Below are positions 37,730 to 45,793 of a DNA stretch of 47,894 nt, one piece after another. Location of the stretch: assembly GCA_023128895.1 (NCBI GenBank), contig JAGMDC010000001.1, positions 1-47,894 on the forward strand, written 5' to 3'. Source of the DNA: Candidatus Parcubacteria bacterium. GTDB taxonomy: Bacteria; Patescibacteriota; Minisyncoccia; Minisyncoccales; JAGMDC01. The position numbers and the translations under genes were made by a program. Each line of letters starts with the position of its first letter. The first letter of the stretch is position 1. The notes under the pieces were generated by a model. It was not told the origin of the DNA, did no database searches, and saw only the letters and a program-made list of their open reading frames with translations.

Positions 37730-38752
37730 CTAAAATTGTTTCAAAAAGCGTAAATCGCTGGAATAGAATAAGCGTATGTCGTCTATTTTGTATTTCATCA
37801 TTGCTAACCTATCTAAACCTATTCCAAAAGCAAATCCTTGCCATCTGCCAGTCATTGAATTGGAAATTATTCCTGAATTTTTTAACACACTAGGATGCAC
37901 CATTCCGGCACCCAATGTCTCCACCCAGCCAGTCCTTTTGCACACGCTGCAACCTTTGCCCTGGCAAACTATACAACTGATGTCTATTTCAAATCCCGGC
38001 TCTACAAACGGGAAGAACCCCGGCCTCAACCGTATTTTAATGTCTTTATTAAAAAATTTCTGAAAAAATTCTCCTATTATCGCCCTAAAATTAGCAACTG
38101 AAACATCCTTGCCTATCATCAAACCCTCTAAATGGTAAAATTGAACATCATGTGAAGCGTCTGTTGCTTCGTGTCTGAAAACCCTTCCCGGAACAATAAT
38201 TCTGAACGGCGGGTGATGCTTTTGCATATAGCGAATCTGGACAGGGGATGTATGAGTGCGGAGCAATAACTTGTTTTTCAGCCAAAGCGTGTCCCACGCG
38301 TCCCTTGCCGGATGGTCTTTTGGAATATTCAAAGCGTCAAAATTATACCATTCTGTTTCAATTTCCGGACCTTCAACTACTGAAAATCCCATATTTTGAA
38401 AAATTTCCTCTGTTTGCCTTCTTACTAATGTCAATGGATGAAGATGCCCTATCGTAATTTTCCTGCCCGGTGCGCTGATGTCAATGCTTTCCTGAAACTT
38501 GCCTGTACTGCCGGAAACCTGTAGCCTTTGTTTTTGATTTTGGAGCTCTGTTTCTATTTCCTGCTTAATTTTGTTTGTTATTCTCCCCTGCTCTTTTCTC
38601 TGCTTATCTGGCAAATTTTTTAATGAACGCAAAATTAGGGTAAGCTCCCCTCGCTTGCCCAAATATTTCTTAAAAATTTTGTTTAATTCGTCTAAATTTT
38701 GCGCGGATTTTATATCTTCCTGCGCTTTAATTCTTAATTCTTTAATATCCAT
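37730..38752 (-). CDS. pheS: Phenylalanine--tRNA ligase alpha subunit
   Basis: NFDALNIPKDHPAR, LLRTHTSPVQ, FFPFVEP, GFAFGIGLDRLAM. Confidence 0.97.
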   Translation of the reverse strand: MDIKELRIKAQEDIKSAQNLDELNKIFKKYLGKRGELTLILRSLKNLPDKQRKEQGRITNKIKQEIETELQNQKQRLQVSGSTGKFQESIDISAPGRKITIGHLHPLTLVRRQTEEIFQNMGFSVVEGPEIETEWYNFDALNIPKDHPARDAWDTLWLKNKLLLRTHTSPVQIRYMQKHHPPFRIIVPGRVFRHEATDASHDVQFYHLEGLMIGKDVSVANFRAIIGEFFQKFFNKDIKIRLRPGFFPFVEPGFEIDISCIVCQGKGCSVCKRTGWVETLGAGMVHPSVLKNSGIISNSMTGRWQGFAFGIGLDRLAMMKYKIDDIRLFYSSDLRFLKQF

Positions 38753-38757
38753 ATTAT

Positions 38758-38872
38758 TAGACCTGTTATTTAATAAGCCGCTACTGCAATTTCCATATTT
38801 TGGCTAAATTTTCCAAAAATTTATCTCAAAATCTAAAAATTTCGCTACGCGGTTTATTAAGTAACATGTCTA
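38758..38872. mobile_element. MITE-like element (115 bp, 24-bp TIRs)
   Basis: TAGACCTGTTATTTAATAAGCCGC versus reverse complement TAGACATGTTACTTAATAAACCGC (21/24); TA at both ends; no ORF. Confidence 0.65.
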
Positions 38873-39153
38873 TTTCTCTTTAATCTCTTCTAAAATTCTT
38901 GGTTTCTCTTTTGTTTCTACCTTAATTTTACCTTAATTTATCATAAAAATCAACCGTATCTATGTGGATAAAATCAATCAAAAACAAAAAGACCAGAAGT
39001 GCTCCCACAAAGGAGAGGAGAGAGAGTTTCTTTCCCTTTGCGAAAGCGCTTTTGGCCCCTTTTTCATTTTTAAACCCGCAACCTTTTTGTGGACTTAAAA
39101 ATGAATAGGAGGAAGGAATGAGCATCTTCCTCCAATTTTTTATTTTTTGCCTA

Positions 39154-39666
39154 TCATTTCAGATAGGGATACAAATCATAATAGTAAATATTACGATTTA
39201 TATCTATTGCATCTCTGCCAGCAATATCAGTTTTGCTAGAAGAGACGAAAACGATACCTCGATACTTATCGTAGCCTTGTTTTGCGGCAAGACTCACTAG
39301 CTGTTCCTTTGTCACGTCCTCATCTATTCTTACCCAACCATTTTTTCCGGTTGGAAAGAATAAACTCTGCGTTAGATATATCACGTTGATGTCACTACTC
39401 TCATCGTAGTTGTCTATCTCAAATTTCTCTGGTATCTTATCTTCTCTTCTCGCTTCCGCTTGCTTAAAGCCTTCGTCGCTAAGCAAAAGAGCCTTAAACT
39501 CTCTCACCACGATGATCCCGAAAGACCCCCATGGTAACAAATCCAAATCAACTCTCCGAATTGACTCTTCCGCGTTCCTCAACACAGCATCCTCTTCTGC
39601 TCCGAAATCATCGCTCCGGACACTCTTCTCATGACCGCTCTCGCGGTCTCCGTCTCTCCCTTCCAT
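39154..39666 (-). CDS. Orphan acidic protein
   Basis: 170-aa ORF, AGGAAG upstream, downstream hairpin at about 39108-39133. Confidence 0.6.
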   Translation of the reverse strand: MEGRDGDRESGHEKSVRSDDFGAEEDAVLRNAEESIRRVDLDLLPWGSFGIIVVREFKALLLSDEGFKQAEARREDKIPEKFEIDNYDESSDINVIYLTQSLFFPTGKNGWVRIDEDVTKEQLVSLAAKQGYDKYRGIVFVSSSKTDIAGRDAIDINRNIYYYDLYPYLK

Positions 39667-39883
39667 TTTATCTATCTTCCTAATGGGTTTTTAGCCCACC
39701 CTTGTTCTGATAGACGACTTTGCAACTAACCTGTATTTGATTTTTAAATGTGCAATTTTTCCCTTTTTTCAATCCACAAATTGAATTTATGAACTGAAAA
39801 AAAAGAAGAGGAAAAGAGAAAATGCCTGCTCTTCCCCTCAAAAATCTTAAAGATTTTTTGAGCGTCATTTTCTGAAATTCTTT

Positions 39884-39994
39884 TTAATGAAGCATTCCAG
39901 AAACAAACTCTCTTGCCTCTTCCACAGAGTGAAAGAGACCTCCTTGGATAGCCACAAAGTCACAGTGGCTGTCACTTTCGTCATCGGGGTCCAT
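39884..39994 (-). CDS. Possible 36-aa peptide (not in ORF track)
   Basis: GAGGTG RBS; MDPDDESDSHCDFVAIQGGLFHSVEEAREFVSGMLH; promoter upstream and terminator-like hairpin downstream. Confidence 0.4.
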   Translation of the reverse strand: MDPDDESDSHCDFVAIQGGLFHSVEEAREFVSGMLH

Positions 39995-40126
39995 TATCAT
40001 CACCTCTAAATCCAGAAAAGTTTAATTCTGAACTCAAAGCTAATGACAAATTGTTATTACTCTCTCCTTTAATAACCTTTATATTATTTATTTTTTTAAA
40101 AAAACTTTTTTATTCTTTCTGGCTGA

Positions 40127-40155
40127 AGTATAACATACTATCTAAATCTTGTCAA
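40127..40155 (-). promoter_or_regulatory. Cassette promoter
   Basis: TTGACA-N17-TATACT with extended TGn. Confidence 0.7.
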
Positions 40156-40232
40156 GAGTAAGCCGGCAATTTTTAACCAAATCCTCTTTTCTTGAAAATA
40201 GGTTCGGATTTTGTTCAATACGCACCGCCAAT

Positions 40233-40265
40233 AAAAAAACAGCGCCTGCGGCGTTGTTTTTTTTT
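40233..40265. terminator. Terminator after the MFS gene
   Basis: A7-CAGCGCC-tgc-GGCGTTG-T9. Confidence 0.75.
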
Positions 40266-40298
40266 GCGCGGACGGTATCGAGACATTTTAATTCTATC

Positions 40299-41657
40299 TC
40301 AAACCGGGGCGTTATCTCCCAGACCAGAAATAGTATTTTCAAACTTCCAAGTTAAAAACCAGAAAATAAGAGGAACAAAGCCGAGAATCAAAAACCACGC
40401 TTTAGCTACCTCCATATCTGTACCAAACCTTAGAAATAGAAGAAAAGCTAAAACACCAATTATCCTGCCTAAAGCTAAAGGCATTTCTCGAGCTATCATA
40501 TATTCAAAAAATTCTTTTTGATGTTTATGGCTTTGATCTATCGCATGATAAAAGGTAGGCGCTAAGCCAATACCAAAGAAAGGCTGAGCAAATATTTTTA
40601 TTATTGAACTAGTTATTATCCCCGCCACATTAAAAAACGCGATGTATATTACTCGAGCCATTGCTATTAAACTGGCTCCAACAAACCCGAAAATCAATCG
40701 GTCACGATTACCCTCAATGACTGTCAACGCGCCACCGACCAAAAGAGATATCACGGCACTTAACAAAGCAAAAAAGCTAATAAATATGCCTAAATTCAAT
40801 TCACTGCTGTTAAGCACGGTAAACGCAAGAATACAAGCAAGAAAACCCACCGAACCTCCTTTCAAGCCGTCAAGAAATTCTCGAGCGCTTATTAAGCGCC
40901 ATATTGAAGAACGCCGGGCAATAAACAAATGAGATCCGTCTACTCGGGGCGGCAGAAGACGGGGTAATCGAAAGATATACAAAATACAGGCAACAAATAT
41001 GAAAACAACAGCAGAAAATAAAATGTAATAATTAGCAAAAGAATTTTGAGGTAAAAAGGGAATCCAATTTTGAAAAATAATGAGACCACCGAGAGCAGGA
41101 AAAATAATAGAGATGAGACAACCTAAAGAAGCCTTTAATCCAAAATAGATATCTCGATTACTATCGTCTGTTGAAAGATACTCAAATATATTATGACCCG
41201 CCCAATATAATCCCCCGCCTAGTCCGCTCAAAAATCCCAAATACCAAACCATCTGTGAGGCATTTTCTTGAAATATAATAAATAGAAGGTATTGTGACAC
41301 CAAAACAAGCAACCCTATTTGCATCAAAAGGCGCAAATGTATACGATAGAGTACAAATCCAATTAAAAAGAACACGGCTAAAGTGATAATGTGACTAATC
41401 AAATTATATTTAATCAACACTAAAAAATTATGAGATTGTTTCCAGAGAAAAATATTTATAAAAAGCCCGCCTAGAACACCTGTTGCTCCGTAAAGAAAAT
41501 TAACAAAGACAATATGGCGAGCTTGCTTAGGCAGCCGTTCTTTAACTGATATAAACAATTTACTTAATTTAGCCACCCGTGATATATCAAAAACTGTATT
41601 TTTAATTGAATGATGACGACTATGAAGTTGATGATGGTAACTGTGGAAAAAAGGCAT
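40299..41657 (-). CDS. MFS transporter with His-rich N-terminus
   Basis: About 12 TM helices; GLYWAG..ST...RD.YFG, REMPLALGR pattern. Confidence 0.8.
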   Translation of the reverse strand: MPFFHSYHHQLHSRHHSIKNTVFDISRVAKLSKLFISVKERLPKQARHIVFVNFLYGATGVLGGLFINIFLWKQSHNFLVLIKYNLISHIITLAVFFLIGFVLYRIHLRLLMQIGLLVLVSQYLLFIIFQENASQMVWYLGFLSGLGGGLYWAGHNIFEYLSTDDSNRDIYFGLKASLGCLISIIFPALGGLIIFQNWIPFLPQNSFANYYILFSAVVFIFVACILYIFRLPRLLPPRVDGSHLFIARRSSIWRLISAREFLDGLKGGSVGFLACILAFTVLNSSELNLGIFISFFALLSAVISLLVGGALTVIEGNRDRLIFGFVGASLIAMARVIYIAFFNVAGIITSSIIKIFAQPFFGIGLAPTFYHAIDQSHKHQKEFFEYMIAREMPLALGRIIGVLAFLLFLRFGTDMEVAKAWFLILGFVPLIFWFLTWKFENTISGLGDNAPV

Positions 41658-41707
41658 AATATTTTTACTATATCATTAAATCATCAAGACTAACATACAG
41701 CGCTTCA

Positions 41708-42026
41708 AAATTTATATGCGGAGGGTGCAGGATTCGAAGAGTTGCCCGAAGGCGGTGTTTCGCCTCACTCCGCTCGGCGAAACGCGGGAGGAGGTTCTCG
41801 CCACACACCCATCCCAATATAAATTTATAAACACCTGCGGTGTTTGAAATTTATTTGCGGAGGGTGCAGGATTCGAAGAGTTGCCCGAAGGCACCGCCGT
41901 CTTATCCTCGCTTCGCTCGGATAAGCCGCGGTTCGGGAGGAGGTTCTCGCCACACACCCATCCCAATATAAATTTACAAATGCCTGCGGCGTTTGAAATT
42001 TATATGCGGAGGGTGCAGGATTCGAA
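41708..42026 (-). repeat. tRNA-linked tandem repeat array (periods 139 and 149 bp)
   Basis: Three copies of AAATTTAT(A/T)TGCGGAGGGTGCAGGATTCGAA at 41708, 41847 and 41996; the last belongs to the tRNA. Confidence 0.9.
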
Positions 42027-42090
42027 CCTGCGCGGGGAAAACCCCACTAGTTTTCAAAACTAGCGCCATAAGCCACTCGACCAACCCTCC
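42007..42090 (-). tRNA. tRNA-Ser(TGA)
   Basis: GGAGGGT/ACCCTCC acceptor stem, CTAGT-tt TGA aa-ACTAG anticodon arm, long variable arm, GGTTCGAATCC T-loop; CCA not encoded. Confidence 0.95.
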
Positions 42091-42158
42091 ATCACATTAA
42101 ATGTAGCAAAAAATACCCTAAAAATAAAGCCCCAAAATCTGTGGCTGTATTTTCTGCG

Positions 42159-42216
42159 TTCGCTCGGAAATACAAACAAACTCGCTTTGCTTGCTTGTTT
42201 ATATTTCTCTCGCTCA
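42159..42216. repeat. REP-like palindromic element
   Basis: TCGCTCGGAAATACAAACAA..CTCGCTTTGCTTG..TTGTTTATATTTCTCTCGCTC; resembles 1-48. Confidence 0.55.
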
Positions 42217-42236
42217 CTTGAAAATCAACTGAAAAC

Positions 42237-42268
42237 AAAAATTCCGAGAAATATTCTCGGAATTTTTG
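42237..42268. terminator. Terminator after rplL
   Basis: AAAAATTCCGAGAA-ata-TTCTCGGAATTTTT. Confidence 0.7.
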
Positions 42269-42292
42269 ATTTTCTCGTAATAAAACTCGCGA

Positions 42293-42892
42293 TTACTTAA
42301 GTTCCACTGTTGCTCCGGCGTCTGTCAATTTTTTCTTTATCTCCTCTGCCTCGTCTTTCTTGACATTTTCCTTGACTACTTGAGAAGCGCTTGCCGCGGC
42401 GTCAACCAAATCCTTTGCTTCTTTCAAACCCTTTTCAGTAATGTCGCGAACCGCCTTAATTACTTCAATTTTCTTATCCCCTACTCCAGTAAGTTCAATG
42501 TTGAACACAGATTTTTCCTCGCCAGCGCCAGCTTCGCTGCTCGCCACGGCTCCAGCAGGAGCCATTGCAACAGGCGCTGCGGCGGAAACGCCGAATTTCT
42601 TTTCTAAAATTTTGACTAATTCCGCTAAATCTAAAACAGACATTTTTTCTATTTCTTCCACTAATTTCTCAAATTTTTTCGGCACTTCTACTTCCTCTTC
42701 TTCCTTTTTTTCTGGCTCTGGTTTTGGTTCTGGTTTTTTCTCCTCTTCTTTTGGAGCTTCCTCTTTCTTCGGCTCTTCTGGTTTTACTTCTTCATCTTTT
42801 TTTTCTTCTGTTGGTGTTCCCTCTGTCTTTACTTCCTCAGAAGATTCTTCCTTATTTTCTTCAGAAGTTTGATTTGTTTGTTCTTCTGCCAT
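42293..42892 (-). CDS. rplL: 50S ribosomal protein L7/L12 with acidic N-terminal extension
   Basis: [49 protein letters not shown]. Confidence 0.95.
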   Translation of the reverse strand: MAEEQTNQTSEENKEESSEEVKTEGTPTEEKKDEEVKPEEPKKEEAPKEEEKKPEPKPEPEKKEEEEVEVPKKFEKLVEEIEKMSVLDLAELVKILEKKFGVSAAAPVAMAPAGAVASSEAGAGEEKSVFNIELTGVGDKKIEVIKAVRDITEKGLKEAKDLVDAAASASQVVKENVKKDEAEEIKKKLTDAGATVELK

Positions 42893-42918
42893 AATTTTAA
42901 TTTTCAAATGAAATATTC

Positions 42919-43440
42919 TTAACGACCTTTAATCGCGTTTAATACATATACTAAATTTCTGATATTCCCCTGCAGCGCGTTCACAAATCCTGATATTGGC
43001 GCGCCAATACTGCCTACCATTTTCGCTAAAAGTTCCTGTTTGGTCGGCAATTCAGACAAAGTTTTCGCTTGTTCATTTCCAAAAATTTCTTCATCAATCA
43101 AACCTCCCAAGAGCTTAAAATTCTCATTTGTTTTGGAAAAATCCCCTGAAATCTTAAATGGAGCAACTTCGTCGGAATAGCCAAAGCCCAAACCTATCTC
43201 GCCTTGTAAATCTCTTACGCTGTCCCCCATTTTTGGATTAGAATCCTGAAACGCCTTTTGAATCAATGTTTTCTTAGCAACCTTAAACTCGCAGTCGCTT
43301 TCCCCCATTTTTTTTCTCAATTCCGTAAGGTTTTTGACTTTTATTTTTGAAAAATCCACAAAAACAATAGATTTCTGTTTCTCTATTTTCTCCTTCAAAC
43401 TATTAAGTATTTCTTGTTTTTGCTCTTTTGTCTTTGCCAT
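42919..43440 (-). CDS. rplJ: 50S ribosomal protein L10
   Basis: [28 protein letters not shown]; upstream of rplL. Confidence 0.94.
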   Translation of the reverse strand: MAKTKEQKQEILNSLKEKIEKQKSIVFVDFSKIKVKNLTELRKKMGESDCEFKVAKKTLIQKAFQDSNPKMGDSVRDLQGEIGLGFGYSDEVAPFKISGDFSKTNENFKLLGGLIDEEIFGNEQAKTLSELPTKQELLAKMVGSIGAPISGFVNALQGNIRNLVYVLNAIKGR

Positions 43441-43450
43441 ACTTTTATAA

Positions 43451-43545
43451 TAAAAAATCCGCGTTGCCGCAGATAAAACAAACCAATAACAAATTATTGT
43501 TTGCTCCTAAACAGGTCTTACAAACGCCTGCTGTCTGCGGATACT
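43451..43545 (-). promoter_or_regulatory. L10 leader (rplJ autoregulatory RNA)
   Basis: CCGCAGACAGCAGG...CCTG..TAGG motif like the L10_leader family, ending in a hairpin plus T-run before rplJ; promoter TTGACA-N17-TAATAT at 43582-43554. Confidence 0.7.
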
Positions 43546-43561
43546 ATTATTTTATATTAAT

Positions 43562-44098
43562 CTATTCCAACATTTCTGTCAACCTTTTTGCGAACTCCTC
43601 TGCAGATGTAGGCCCGTTTGCCGTAATAATATTGCCGTCAATCACTACTGGCTCGTCTGTGAAAACCGCGCGGTTATCTTCCAAAATCTTGATTGTTGTT
43701 TTATCCATCTCGCTGTGCCAAGCAGTTGCTTTCTTATTTTCCAAAATACCTGCTTTAGCCAAAATACAGGGCGCGATACATATTGCTCCTAAAATTTTTC
43801 CGGCGCGCAACGCGCCTTGCGCTGTTTCATGAAAAATCGGGTCGTCTATATGCCTTGCTATACCCTGACCTCCAATAAACACAATCGCGTCAAAATTTTC
43901 TGCATCTAAATCCTGAATTAAAATATCAACATCCGCTTCAGCGCCAAAAACCCCTTTTGCTTGCCCTTTTGAAGTGCTCACAGTCAAAACCTCTGCACCG
44001 CGCGCTTCAAAAATCTGTTTAGGAATCAAATATTCCTCGTCCCTAAAATCTTTATACGCGATAATGAGCGCGATTTTTTTATCTTGTAAATTAATCAT
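43562..44098 (-). CDS. DJ-1/PfpI family protein
   Basis: FRDEEY, FDAIVFIGG, nucleophile elbow GAICIAP, VVIDGNIITANGP. Confidence 0.9.
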   Translation of the reverse strand: MINLQDKKIALIIAYKDFRDEEYLIPKQIFEARGAEVLTVSTSKGQAKGVFGAEADVDILIQDLDAENFDAIVFIGGQGIARHIDDPIFHETAQGALRAGKILGAICIAPCILAKAGILENKKATAWHSEMDKTTIKILEDNRAVFTDEPVVIDGNIITANGPTSAEEFAKRLTEMLE

Positions 44099-45027
44099 CT
44101 CAAATATTTTGCTATATTCACATTATGTTCTTTTAATGTTCTCGCAAACATTGTTTCCCCTTCTGGAGTTGAAATATAATACCAATAATTGCTGGGTTCA
44201 GGATATATCGCGGCTTTTATGCTTTCTAATCCTGGATTGCAGATTGGCCCTATTGGCAATCCCCTATTTTTATAAGTATTATACGGCGAATTAATCTTTG
44301 TCTCCTCTATGGAAACTTTAGTTGATTTTTTGTCGGTAATATATGTAATAGTAGCGTCAACCTGCAATGGCATATTCACTTCTAATCGCTTCCATAAAAT
44401 TCCAGACACTATTTTCTTGTCTTCCAGTGTTTGGACTTCTTTTTCCAAAAGCGAAGCCATTGTAATAATTTCGAAAATTGTTTTGCTTTGATTTTTAATT
44501 TCCTGCCTTAATTTTGGATTTAATTTTTTGTCAAAATTATCCAAAAATTCCTGCGTTATTTCATCCGCGCTTACAAAAGGAAAAAAATAATACGTGTCTG
44601 GGAATAGGAATCCCTCTTGCGACGGGTCTAAATCACACGGCTCAATCAATCCGCCTTCAGCTAGCCGCTCGTCAATTTGCTGGACGGTAAACCCTTCCGG
44701 GATTGTGATTTTTATAGTGTATGTCTCGCCTTTAATAATTTTATCAGCAACACTCAAAAAATCATCTTCTTGATTAAATTGATAAACACCGTATTTTAGA
44801 TCCTTTTCTTTTTGCTTATACATCACATAAGCGCAAAATGGAAATTCTGTCTGGACAAAACCCTCTGCTTTCAAATTTTCAGCGACAACAAGCAAACTCT
44901 GACCTTTTTCGACCTCAAATAATCCGTGTTTATCGCAGGGCAAAACCCAATTCCAATACAGTGCGCTTGATAATACACAAACACCAATCACTATCACAAA
45001 ATTTTTAACAAATTTTTTAATATTCAT
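44095..45027 (-). CDS. mltG: Endolytic transglycosylase MltG
   Basis: TIPEGF, EGFLFPDTY, MASLLEKE, PLQVDAT, SPYNTY..GLP.GPICNPG. Confidence 0.93.
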   Translation of the reverse strand: MNIKKFVKNFVIVIGVCVLSSALYWNWVLPCDKHGLFEVEKGQSLLVVAENLKAEGFVQTEFPFCAYVMYKQKEKDLKYGVYQFNQEDDFLSVADKIIKGETYTIKITIPEGFTVQQIDERLAEGGLIEPCDLDPSQEGFLFPDTYYFFPFVSADEITQEFLDNFDKKLNPKLRQEIKNQSKTIFEIITMASLLEKEVQTLEDKKIVSGILWKRLEVNMPLQVDATITYITDKKSTKVSIEETKINSPYNTYKNRGLPIGPICNPGLESIKAAIYPEPSNYWYYISTPEGETMFARTLKEHNVNIAKYLR

Positions 45028-45038
45028 TATATTGATTT

Positions 45039-45650
45039 TTAAACCAAAGGAACAAAAACAAAATCCGGATATTCGCGCTCTTTAAACTCTTTTTCCGATG
45101 TCTTTTCAAAAACCCAGATAGACGATGCAATTGGAACAACAATCCTGCCGCTAATTTTCAATTGGTCTTTCCATTCTTGCGGAATATTATTTTGAATCGC
45201 GGCCGAAACCAAAATTCTATCATAAGGCGCTTGCCCCTGAAACCCTTTTGAGCCGTCAGCGCATATAAACTCCACAATTCCCTTCTTAATAAAATTATAC
45301 TCCGAAACATTTTTTTCTCCAAACTCTTTTAGCCCTGGAATTACTTCAATTGCAATCACTTTGCCCTTCTCCCCTACTATGTGAGCCAAAAGGGCTGTTG
45401 TCCAGCCCGAACCGCTCCCAATATCCAGAATTTTATCACCCTGTTCCGGTTGGAGTTTTTCCAGCATAAAAGCAACTGTCAAGGGCTGGGAAATTGTCTG
45501 TCCATAGCCAATGGGAAAAGCCAAATCCTCTTTCGCTAAATTCTTCATATTTTCCGGCATAAAATCCGCTCTTTTAATATCCTGAAAGGCCTTAATAATC
45601 CTCGGCGTCTCCAGCCACCCATCTTCAATTAAATTATTTATTAAATTCAT
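45039..45650 (-). CDS. pcm: Protein-L-isoaspartate O-methyltransferase
   Basis: PIGYGQTISQP, LDIGSGSGW, DGSKG..APYDRILVSAA, FVPL. Confidence 0.93.
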   Translation of the reverse strand: MNLINNLIEDGWLETPRIIKAFQDIKRADFMPENMKNLAKEDLAFPIGYGQTISQPLTVAFMLEKLQPEQGDKILDIGSGSGWTTALLAHIVGEKGKVIAIEVIPGLKEFGEKNVSEYNFIKKGIVEFICADGSKGFQGQAPYDRILVSAAIQNNIPQEWKDQLKISGRIVVPIASSIWVFEKTSEKEFKEREYPDFVFVPLV

Positions 45651-45730
45651 TGTGAATATTTCAATACTATCTAGAAATCATTTTAGTATAACAAAAATTA
45701 TCTGACTCAACAATATCTTAATCAAAAAAT

Positions 45731-45770
45731 GGGGAGGTTTCTGATTTTCGCGAAAATCAGAAACTTCCCC
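45731..45770. terminator. Long palindrome / terminator after the surface-protein gene
   Basis: GGGGAGGTTTCTGATTTTCG-CGAAAATCAGAAACTTCCCC with flanking A/T runs. Confidence 0.6.
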
Positions 45771-45793
45771 ATTTTCCTTGCCGTTCTCTTCAC

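Noticed and set aside
38493-38527. Possible degenerate palindromic insert in pheS (shares TGAAACTTGCCTG with the pheT insertion flank)
   Set aside because: No intact inverted repeat; a 13-bp match alone is insufficient.
38928-39125. 65-aa ORF or T-box leader for pheS
   Set aside because: No convincing start context and no T-box GGTGGNACCGCG motif.
41708-42026. CRISPR array
   Set aside because: Only two units, constant part about 100 bp and tRNA-derived, spacers are related palindromes, no cas1/cas2.
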